Assembly: GCA_964016885.1 (NCBI GenBank)
Contig: OZ024740.1
Coordinates: forward strand, 303,118,001-303,182,000
Length of the DNA: 64,000 nt
From: Eledone cirrhosa
Lineage: Eukaryota
Direction of reading: 5' to 3'
Shown here: piece after piece, positions 54,011 through 64,000 of the stretch
Numbering within the stretch: the first letter of the stretch is position 1
Layout: every line of letters begins with the position of its first letter
The notes under the pieces: model-generated
Databases searched by the model: none
What the model saw: the letters and a program-made list of their open reading frames with translations, nothing else
Told to the model about the DNA's origin: nothing
Program-made: the position numbers and the translations under genes

Positions 54011-55331
54011 CAGACACATGTGCAAGACCTAAGGGAGAATATGCTATGAGATGATTCAGTTGGGTAGGCTTAGATGGGTGTGGCATGAGAATAGTCATCT
54101 TTAAGGAGTGGAGGCCACAGTAATAGTTGTAGAAAAAACAAAATGTGGTAGCAGCTTATTTAAGGACCACAGACTAGAATGTGTTCATAAGTAACTCCAT
54201 ATTTATCAGTTGGGTCATCTTTTTATCGATGTCTATGTGTGCAGCAGAACCATTGCAGATGTGAGAGCAGTATTTGATATGGATATTTACTGATAAAAAC
54301 ATGCTAAAACATTTCCTTTGTTTCTAGAAATTGTTTCAAGAGAGTGATGAGATGGAAATAAATGAGTGATAAACTATGTAGTTTAAATGTATTTATTTTC
54401 ATTCTTCTATGTGTTTCATGATACAATTCTTTTTTACTTGTTAAAAAAGAAAAAAAAAACAATAACAATTTTATTTTTCTATCTGACATAAAGATTATGT
54501 CATAAATATTATGTCAAATATATTTTACAGACAGAAGTTATACAATGATGGAAATATGAAAAAAAAATTAAGTAATGAAATACGGAGGGAAGGTGTAAAG
54601 AAGGGAAAATCTGGCTATATAGGAAAGTAGAGGAAATGACTATAAATACCATAAATGATAGGAAAGGGAAGGAATTAAAATAGCAAAACAAAAGTAACTG
54701 ATATATATTATAATTACTGAAACTACCAGATAAAAGAGATATTTTGTTATGATCTGGATGGTTGTCAGGATGTTTTTATATGAATATAATAATTTTGATC
54801 TGAAGAATAAGTTCAAGAACTGCATGATCTACAGATGGTGACTTAAGACAGAGATATATACTTGATAACATGTAAAGATTCATATAGAAATATACATTTT
54901 TGAGAGATATAGCAACAAAATACCTGAGATTTGGGGTAAACTGTTTTAGGTTTTAAGTAATAAAGTAAATAGAGTTGTATGAAATTAAAACAAGTATTTA
55001 GATAACAATGAAAAAAGATTACAGTAATTTGTCTTAAATATAACAACCAAATCGACCAAATAATTTTAATGATATATTATTAAAATGTAGATTTTTATTA
55101 CATAATTTAATAACATAATTTAATTACATAATTTAATAATCTGGTCAGCAAATGTTTTCAAGTAGTTGGCTCTGATAAAGGATGTACTCTGTTGAAAACA
55201 TAAGGTTTAAAGATGATAAAACTGCCACACATCATGATGGACCCAGCAAGCAGAGTAAAACTGATCAAACCTCCACATGCCCATCTTCTCATATTTGTTA
55301 CCTGCATAAAAAAAACATAAAGAGCTGGAAA

Positions 55332-55690
55332 TACACTTGGATCTTGAATAATCATCCTCCTTCGCCCTTGCTTATTAATATTTCAGATTTTTCCAACCCT
55401 CCCCACTCTTATTCCAATCTCCCGTTTATTAAGCTTTGCTAATCTATCTCCAGCAAAATTTTATTTTAAGTGGTAGCATTCATGTGACGATTTTCTTTAG
55501 ACATTAAAAACATTATACATGAGAAAAAAAGTACATTACAAGAAATCCCATACGTCATAAAATAAATTGGATGGGTTGGGGTCTCAATATGTAAACTAAA
55601 TGACTAATTCTGGTTTTAAAAATCAAGAGAGACAGCCTAAAAAATTATCGATTTTCCAATCCCCCTTATTATTTGCGACCCAAGGTTTAT
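55332..55690 (-). mobile_element. Tc1/mariner-like MITE, uninterrupted paralog of 36071-36720
   Basis: The reverse complement aligns with both flanks of the 36368 insertion and has a single TTAA. Confidence 0.75.
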
Positions 55691-55900
55691 ATTTTGCCAA
55701 GTAGATTTGAAGTATTCAAGGTGTGTGGTATTAGACTCAAGAAAGGATCCTAAGAGATGATTATTAACCCAAATGAACATATGCACACAAATATATACTG
55801 TTGAGCATGTAGATATAAAGATCCTTTGATTTCTTGAAGTTTGTGAATTCAACATTGACTGGATGATCATCTAGTCGAGGGCACTAAAACAAAATTTCTA

Positions 55901-55941
<41 letters not shown>

Positions 55942-55979
55942 CATACACACACACATATACATATATATATATATATGCT

Positions 55980-57610
55980 TGCCATCTTTTGATCTCAATG
56001 GTGTCACTGATAAGCTGAAAGAACCATACACCTCTCTGAGTGCAGATTACAGCAGTTTCACATTGTTGCCATCAGATGCTGCTTGAACTTCATCTGCATT
56101 GTTGTTCCACCAGGTATTTTGCATGGCCCTGAGTTTCACCTGCACCTTTTTTTTTACCTCTCTGTAACGCTCATAATTGTCACTAACAGAGCTACCACCT
56201 TTAAGAACTTAAACTTTTCTGACCAGCAGAGCCTTGACCTCCCGGTCATTCTCATCAAACCAGTCCTTGTGTTTTCTTGTGACAAAGCCAAGGACCTCTT
56301 CTGAAGCCTAATAGACCGAGCTCCTGAAGTCATTCCAATTGTTCGCACAATCAATGCGACGCAGCTCTTCCTTGACACCCTTATCTTTCATACAATCTAT
56401 ATTCAAGTGCTTTGGAATTTTGACACCATTTGCTCTTGTTTGAGGTTTGATCACAAAGTTTCTTCACAAGAACATAGTCGATCAGATGCCACACCTTCGA
56501 CTCAAGGAAGGTGCATCCATGTTGTCTTGAACTTATCCTTTTGCTGGAACATCGTGCTTGCAATGAACAAATCTAACTCCACACACATCTGTAGCAAGAG
56601 GAGACCATTGCTGTTACATTTCCCTATACCATGTCTGCCGATCACATCCGAAGTCTCATAATTCCTGCTAACGTGTGCGTTGAAATCACAAAGTACAACA
56701 ATTTTGTCTGCTGAAGGAATCTTTTAGACAAGTTCCTTCAGAAACCTGTAAAAGGCAAGCTTCTCGACTTCATTGGAGTTCATCGTTGGGGCATATACAC
56801 TGACAATGGTAAGGTATCATGTACATCAGAGGAATTCTCTTGACATGAGACGATCACTGATGCCACTTGGAAACTGGTCAAGTGTCGACACCAAAGACGT
56901 TTTCGCTGCAAAAACCACACCTGCCTCCCTTTTGCCTCCTGCTGCTCTGCCACTCCAGTAAAACGTGTAGCCACTGGACATCTCAGTGATACGACCTTCT
57001 TTGAGTAACCTTGTTTCAGATAAGGCAACAATATCCATATTGTATCGTCTCAGCTCTTTGGCAACAAGAGCTGATCTTCTTTCTGGCCGTGAGTCTGAAG
57101 ACATCAAATCTAATAAGGCCCGGATGTTCCAGCAACCTATATTCATAGGTTTCAACTTCCTCTTCTTTGCAGTGGCAGGATGATGACTGGGCCGATGCTG
57201 CAGTGCCATGGGACACCTGCCGTGCCAGACCCTTTCACCATCAGTTTCAGAGCCCCCATTGCCATTAATTCGTACATTACCATGGTTCATCATAGAATAT
57301 TTATGCCATTTTTGGCTACGGCCAGCCACAATGCAACAAATTATTTGTTCAAATCGATCAGGCGATACCTGTGCTTGAAATTTTTTTGTCTGATGAAAAG
57401 CCTTGCACAGAACTATTCCCACTCTCTGGGCATGGAGAGCATGTACCAAAAAGAAGAACTGGTCAACATCATCGGGTGCCCTCAACACCGCAGATGTTTA
57501 TTCAGAGTTTCCCTCTCCTAGAAAAGTGTTGTTACACCAGCTAAGGGGGCATCTCACTCCTAGCGGGCTATCTGCACGCCTAGGCGCCAACCCAAGTATT
57601 TCCTGTCCCC
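55980..57610 (-). mobile_element. RTE LINE 5' portion: 5' UTR plus AP endonuclease
   Basis: MNIGCWNIRALLD..RPERRSALVAKELRRYNMDIVALSETR..GYTFYWSG and WHLIDYVLV; disabled downstream. Confidence 0.92.
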
Positions 57611-58037
57611 GTGTACACACCGTTGAAAAAAAAGTTGAAATGTATATGCAAAAGCAGACTTTTGAGACCAAGGATTTAAAGATTTAAAGAGTTAAAAGAA
57701 TTTAAAATGTATACAAAAAAATATACGTATGTAATTAGACACCCAAGGATATATCAATTATATACACACACAAAAAAAATGCATATAGATAAATATATAC
57801 AGATAGAGTACTCATACACCCACTCACATGTACACAGTATTTGGTTGGCCGTTGACTATTGAGTTCCTCCGCCCTTTGTCGAGTTTTCTTTTTTCATCCC
57901 GCAGATTGTCCAAGTATGACCCTCCTCAGCAAGCAAGCTCGGTGGGGTTGCCAGTTTAGTCTCCGACGACCCGACCATGCAACAGGTTGTACTGGATTAC
58001 ATGTTACTGGTAGCGCTCAAGAGCGACCTGTCATAGA

Positions 58038-58047
58038 TTATATACAT

Positions 58048-58084
<37 letters not shown>

Positions 58085-58137
58085 CATACACACATACACA
58101 CATATATATATATACACACACACATATGTATATATAT

Positions 58138-58184
<47 letters not shown>

Positions 58185-58670
58185 TATATATATATACACA
58201 CACACATATATATACACACTCACACATATACACACACACATATACACACACACATATATATACACACACATATATATATATACACACATATATATATATA
58301 TACACACACATATATACACACACACACACATATATATATATATACACACACACATATATATAAACACACAGACATATATATATATATACACACACACACA
58401 TATATATACACATACATATATATACACACACACACACACATATATATATATACACACACACACATATATATATAAACACACAGACATATATATACACACA
58501 CACACATATATAGACACGCACATATATATACACACACACACATATATATATATACACACATATATATATACACACACACATATACACACACACATATACA
58601 CACACACACATATATATACACACACATACATACGCACACATATATATATATATATATAACATACACACAT
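58038..58670. repeat. Compound (CA)n(TA)n microsatellite
   Basis: Seen directly; it is the source of several long spurious ORFs. Confidence 0.95.
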
Positions 58671-58671
58671 A

Positions 58672-58950
58672 AACGGAGTCACTCCGTTGGTTACGACGAC
58701 GTGTATTCCAGTTGATACTATCAACGGAACAGCCTACTCATGAAATTAACGTGCAAGTGGCTGAGCATTCCACACACAAGCGTACCCTTTACGTAGTTCT
58801 CAGCGAGATTTAGTGTGACACAGTGTGTAACAAGGCTGGCTCTTCGAATTACAGGTACAACTCATTTTTGCCAGCTGAGTGGACTGGAGCAATGTGAAAT
58901 AAAGTGTCTTGCTCAAAGACACAACGCGCTGTCGGCAATCAGACACACGA
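58672..58950 (-). mobile_element. tRNA-derived CORE-like SINE, 5'-truncated
   Basis: The reverse complement has ttgagcaagacactttatttcacattgctccagtccactcagctg; same core as 10817-10995 and about 24470-24540. Confidence 0.75.
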
Positions 58951-59384
58951 CATTATACCTTTCTCACCCTCTCTCACTAAACCACCACACTCTCTCCCCC
59001 TCTCTATATCCGACTACATACCGCACTCACTCTCACAACTCCCCCTCTCTCACTAAACCACAACACTCTCTTTATAATTCCTACTATATACCTCAATTTT
59101 TTCACTCTCACAATTACCCCTCTCTCATTAAACCAAAATCAATTCTACCCCTCTCTATATACCACTACATATCTCACTCTCTATAATTCTCACAATTGCT
59201 CCTCTCTTACTAAACCACCAAACTCTCTGCTACCCTCTATATCCCACTACATACATCACTCTCACAATTCCCCCTCTCTCCCCTCTCTATATACCAGTAC
59301 ATACCTCACTCTCTCTCACAAGACCACCAAATTCTCACCCTCTCTCTCTATTCCACTACATAACTCACTATCTTTCTCTCGCTT

Positions 59385-59651
59385 CTGCTTTCAGAACATC
59401 CACCTCTATTGCTAATCAGGTCGCCCAGGTAACGGAAACTATCAACTACTACTTCCGGGTACTCTGGCCATTTAAAGGAGTTAGTATCGTGTGGACTGTT
59501 GCTACTGACTGCACCTGTGCAACGACCACATACAAAACGTGCGTTCTTTGCTAGCCTACCTGAGATCCTATTTGTGTACCCATAGTTTTCCTTTGGGGCA
59601 TAGGATGGTGTTTCTACCTACTCCATCCCTGCACATTGAGCAAGGCCATTC

Positions 59652-59654
<3 letters not shown>
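59385..59654 (-). mobile_element. RTE LINE fragment (Cys/His insertion region)
   Basis: [26 protein letters not shown], homologous to 51410-51690. Confidence 0.8.
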
Positions 59655-59750
<96 letters not shown>

Positions 59751-59804
59751 TAAATATAAATATATATAAATATATATATATTTAGTCTTCAATTTTATTA
59801 TTAT

Positions 59805-59863
<59 letters not shown>

Positions 59864-59866
<3 letters not shown>

Positions 59867-59990
59867 GATATTAAATAAATGGAAACTATATTTAATATCG
59901 TAAATATACTCCAAATACTTGTCGAGTGCTTTTATATCAGTTATTAATATTTACTAGTTGTAACCCAACAATTTAAATATAACTTTCCAT
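59864..59990 (+). mobile_element. Short family B copy with 5' inversion, in (TA)n
   Basis: 59890-59986 is the reverse complement of 4860-4955. It is preceded by the inverted piece tacgatattaaataaatggaaactatattta. Confidence 0.75.
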
Positions 59991-60010
59991 ATATATATAT
60001 ATATATATAT

Positions 60011-60354
60011 ATTAAAATAACAAATTAAAGTTTAAGCAAAGAATCGCTGCTTTCACCCTTAACGGGATCTTCTGAAACTAACAAAGTCAATCTGTAAACG
60101 CAGAACTGGATATTTCAAAAAACGTTGCAACCGGAGGAAGACAGGAAGACGATACTTTGGTTCGTGGAAACGTTCGCTGGCAAAGAACGGGAAAGAACGA
60201 ATAATACGTCATTAATAGGAGCGATGAAAAACAATTACGCGCAAAGACAGAACCACGTTTATGGTATAAAAGAGGTCATAGACTAATGTTCTCTTAGGTG
60301 GTGCATAGAGACGTTCTCTGGCAATGAACGAAAAAACGAAGATAATACGTCATA
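60011..60354 (-). mobile_element. (TA)n-anchored hammerhead element, family C copy 2, with an internal partial duplication
   Basis: Homologous to 25083-25370; 60308-60354 repeats 60168-60212. Confidence 0.75.
60020..60095 (-). ncRNA. Extended type I hammerhead-like fold with a variant core (CAGAAGA), second copy
   Basis: ACAGAUUGA-cuuuguu-AGUUU-CAGAAGA-U-CCC guuaa GGG-U-GAAA-GCAG cgauucu UUGC-UU-AAACU-UUAAUUUGU; differences from copy 1 preserve pairing. Confidence 0.65.
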
Positions 60355-60375
60355 CATATATATATATCTATCTAT

Positions 60376-60523
60376 CTAAGGCGGGTAAAATTCCCGAGAT
60401 CCATGGACGAGTTCTCTCCAGCGGTCTCTGTCCCTCATTATCGCTGCCATATCCTGCATCTCCAACAGACCAGTGTCTGTCCTTAGGGCATCAACATATG
60501 TTAACCTTGGTCTTCCTCTTCTA
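60376..60523 (-). mobile_element. RTE-like LINE extreme 3' end
   Basis: RRGRPRLTYVDALRTDTGL..MRDRDRWRELV followed by a (TAGA)n tail. Confidence 0.75.
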
Positions 60524-60602
60524 GTGTATATATATATATACTCTTTTACCTGTTTCAGCCATCCGGCTGAGGCCATGCTGGGGCACCGCCCTTGTTGCTA
60601 CA

Positions 60603-61467
60603 CATTTTATCTCCAGCCTGTATAGGTTGGCCACTGGTGTAAGAGGGAGTTTGTTGCTGCTGCCCTTAGGTTTCCCTCGTGCTTTGCTCTGGGCTCATCC
60701 GGGATGCTGGATAGCAAGGTGTCGAGATGTTTCTTGAAGACATCCACCTCCACGTCATGCAAATCTCTCATATCCCTCGGCAGCTTGTTGAAGAGTTGAA
60801 GGCCCTTGAATCCCAGGCTATTGTAATACCTGTTCCTTATTCTAGATGTGGAAGACGGGACCTTTGGCACCACACAGTGACGTCCTGTTCGACGGTTGGT
60901 CCAGCTCCCAATGCCAAAGTTTGGTGCTAATCCCTCCAGGATTTTCCACATGTAGATCACTGCGTATCTCTCCCGTCTTCGTTCCAAGGAGTAGAAGTTC
61001 AGTTCCTTTAGCCTCTCCCAGTAGCTTGTCTCCTTCGTCGTGGCAATCCTCTTGGTGTAGCTTCGTTGGATTGCCTCAAGCTCCGTGATTAGTTTGACAC
61101 TATGGGGTGACCACAACTGAGAGCAGTAGTCCAGGCGGCTTAGGACAGATGTCCTCCATAGTGTCAACATGGTGTCTCGGTCTCTTGTCCGGAAAGTCCT
61201 CAAGATCCAGCCAGCGAGTCGGCTGCACATTGTCGTCACTTTCATGATGTGTGAGGAAAAAGATGCATCATGTCTATGCCCAGGTCTCGTATCGATTTTG
61301 ACACGGGGATATCGGTCCCTCCTGGTCCTGTGTAGTTGTGTTGTACTATATTTGTGTTTGCAGGTTTGTTTGGAGGTTTGTATTGTGGGGCTTGGAATTT
61401 GCCCATTTGTATATGGCATCCAGATCTTGTTGTAAAAGGGCAGCGTCAGCCGGGTTTTTGATATCAT
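60603..61467 (-). mobile_element. CR1/L2-like LINE 3' portion
   Basis: LLQQDLDAIYKWA (in another frame), GWILRTF..SRLDYCSQLWSP..LEAIQRSYTK..YWERLKEL..SLERRRER and FKKHLDTLLSSIPDEP. Confidence 0.9.
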
Positions 61468-61772
61468 ATTGTATAATATATTGATATTTTATACCTTATA
61501 TTTTATATTTTATGTTATGGTATTTTACCGTTATTTTATGGTATTATGTTTTTTATTGTATAATGTATTTTTAATTTTTAATTTACGGTTTTGTTTATAT
61601 ATGTATATGTGTAAGCACATGTGTGTGTAGGCAAATATGCATATATGCAGGTGTATGCATGTGGCAGCACGTGTACGTATGCATATATAGATGTATATAT
61701 GTCTGTATGTGCGTAGGTATATGTATGTATATATGTGGCTGTGCGTATGCATGTTAGGTTGTTTTTTGTGTG

Positions 61773-61872
<100 letters not shown>

Positions 61873-62395
61873 TGTGTATGTAATTGTGTGTACGTATGTG
61901 TATTTTGTATGTATGTGTGGGCATGTGTGAGTATATATATATATATGTGTATGTATATGTTTATATATATATATATGTGTGTGTGTATAAGTATGTATGT
62001 GTATGTATGTGTGTATGTATATATGTGTGTTTATGAGTGTGTATATATATATATAAATGTATATAAGGTTTTGCGTATGTATGTGTGCGCGCGTATGTAT
62101 ATATGTGTATGTTTGAGTAGGCCATGCTTATCCTACCGGATGCATGGCGCGACTTAAGCAGCCGTTATAAGGCTTGTGGCGATATGTATCTACAAGTGGG
62201 TGTGAATGGGTCCGTGGATGTGAGGGAGAGAGTGTGTGTGTATATATACATATATGTATATATGTGGGGGGTCTGAGCATGTAGGCGTACGTATGTCTAT
62301 GCATGAATGTGTCTGCATGTGTGTGTGTAATATGTGTGTGTATATTCGTATGTGTGGGTGCTTACTCTGAAGTGTGAACAGAGTTAAATTATTAA

Positions 62396-62774
62396 CCCCA
62401 CTATCAGGCTAAATAATTTCTTTAATTTCTTTAGTCAAAATACGGCGATAGCTTACATTTCTAATAATTTCAAACCCACTCGCTGTTTCGAAAATATTCT
62501 TACTTGACATTACAGTCGTCAAGTTTATAGCTCCTAATTTGAATGGAAAGAGACGGGTGATGTGTTGGTGTAAATGGTAGCACAGTGGTCCGGATAACCA
62601 AAGATGTGGGTTCGACTCCCATGTACGTCAATACTCATCTTTTCCCATTTCTCCGAGGGTTCTTACCCCCACTATCAGGCTAAATAATTTCTTTAATTTC
62701 TTTAGTCAAAATACGGCGATAGCTTACATTTCTAATAATTTCAAACCCACTCGCTGTTTCGAAAATATTCTTAC

Positions 62775-62775
<1 letters not shown>
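62396..62775 (+). mobile_element. Terminally redundant 271-bp unit: identical 109-bp direct repeats flanking a tRNA-like head
   Basis: 62396-62504 is identical to 62667-62775; the element ends against (TA)n. Confidence 0.75.
62559..62630 (+). pseudogene. tRNA-like sequence (SINE head or tRNA pseudogene), apparent anticodon GGA
   Basis: A-box TGGTGTAAATGG, B-box GGTTCGACTCC, and a cloverleaf that pairs with several G.U. It lacks U33 and the long variable arm expected for tRNA-Ser. Confidence 0.65.
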
Positions 62776-62805
<30 letters not shown>

Positions 62806-62934
62806 ATTAGAATTGGCGCTCTGAAATAGCGATATATATATGAATGTATATATAGTGTATTTTGCAATACACTGTATGTTTAATTAAAAGCATTTCGAAG
62901 ACCTTGCGCTATTGTTTTAGAGTAGTGACAGTCT

Positions 62935-64000
62935 CACTTACTTTTAATTTTCAGCAAACAGGAGAGATAAAGCTGACAGAGCTGTGTTTCGTACTGATTG
63001 GTACTTATCAAAGCCAATTGGTACTTATCAAAGCGTAAGGTCTTGTACACCTTTACCTTTGTCTTCTTGCATATGTCTCGCTGAACCCAGAGTCGCCTTT
63101 CTAGCTTTCCGAAAGCATCACTTGTTTTCCTAATCCTAAGGGAGATTTCACTATCAAGGTTGCTGTATCAATTGACAGTGCTTCCCAGGTAGACAAACTG
63201 ATCAACCACTCCAAGTCGTTTACCATACACATAGATATTTGGTTCACTCTACTGCTTACCAGGAGCAGGTTGGTACATGACGACGGTTTTCTTGAGACTG
63301 ACAGTCAATCCTAGGGCAGTGCAAGCGTCAGAAAATGCATTCAAAATGTGCTGCATATCACTCTCTGTGTGCGCTACAAGATCGCAATCATCTGCATACA
63401 AGAGGTCTCTTATGATTGATGTAAATACTTTTGTCTTTGCAGCAAAGCGCCTGATGTTAAATATGCTGCCTGAGGTTCGATATCGGATGTAAACACCATG
63501 CTCGCAATTCCTGAATGCAATACAGAAAACCATTGCAAAGTATATGGCAAACAGGGTCGGTGCTGGAATATTCCCCTGTTTCACTCCATTTTTTACTGAG
63601 ATAGGCTCCAACATGTTACCTCCGACATTAACCCAAGCATTCATGTCGTCATGGAAAGACCTAACTAAAGCAAGGAACTTATCAGGGCAACCAAGTTTCT
63701 GGAGAACCTTCCATAATGAATTTCTGTTAACAGTATCGAAAGCTTTTGTCAGATCGACAAAAACCTGATACAGATCTAAACCTTGTTCCATGCACTTCTC
63801 CTGGGGCTGTCTAGCTGAGAAGATCATATCAGTAGTGCCGCGTCCAGCACTAAAACCAGATTGACTTTCAGGAAGAACATAATCTGCAATGTGTGTCAGC
63901 AGACGGTCCAAAAGCACCCTACATAAAACTTTCCGTAGGACAGAAAGCGATGATATACCTCTGTAGTTCCCACAATCATTCCTATTACCCTTTCCCTTGT
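62935..64000 (-). mobile_element. RTE LINE reverse-transcriptase core (runs off the window end)
   Basis: LPESQSGF..GRGTTDMIF, FVDLTKAFDTVNR, GVKQG..APTLF and LLYADD; premature stop at 63249. Confidence 0.95.

Noticed and set aside
57859-58724. Long ORFs of 220-266 aa on both strands
   Set aside because: They are translations of (CA)n(TA)n microsatellite. The same applies to the YI/CV/HT-rich ORFs near 3.5, 25.6, 35, 38.5, 39-41, 46.5 and 61.8 kb.
60607-61467. Intact 286-aa protein gene
   Set aside because: It is a 5'-truncated CR1/L2-like fragment, and its first 65 or so residues are an out-of-frame reading of RT sequence.
62559-62630. Functional tRNA-Ser(GGA)
   Set aside because: C at position 33, no long variable arm, several G.U pairs in the acceptor stem, and it is embedded in a repeat.

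Overview
AT-rich, microsatellite-dense animal genomic DNA. The (TA)n/(CA)n density, RTE LINEs and tRNA-SINEs suggest a coleoid cephalopod such as Octopus, but that is inference. The only host gene is the 3' part of a neurexin on the + strand. Five phase-consistent exons (9635-9745, 13875-13962, 28008-28074, 28394-28566, 37222-37720) encode the end of LNS6, the stalk with the Cys-loop and heparan-sulfate site, the TM helix, and a cytoplasmic tail with a Gly/Met-rich insertion and the PDZ motif KEWYV. A LINE-free stretch of about 11 kb follows and looks like a very long 3' UTR ending near 49051-49080. The rest is transposon-derived: RTE and CR1/L2-like LINE fragments, SINEs, a non-autonomous Helitron, and hAT, piggyBac and Tc1/mariner-type MITEs. 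The most interesting signal is a set of short non-coding elements embedded in (TA)n tracts that carry hammerhead-ribozyme folds and stereotyped 5' inversions (Penelope/retrozyme-like). One family has two copies of a complete extended type I hammerhead with a non-canonical CAGAAGA core. Another forms a 171-bp inverted repeat in the neurexin pre-mRNA. All folds and alignments were done by eye; no searches were run.
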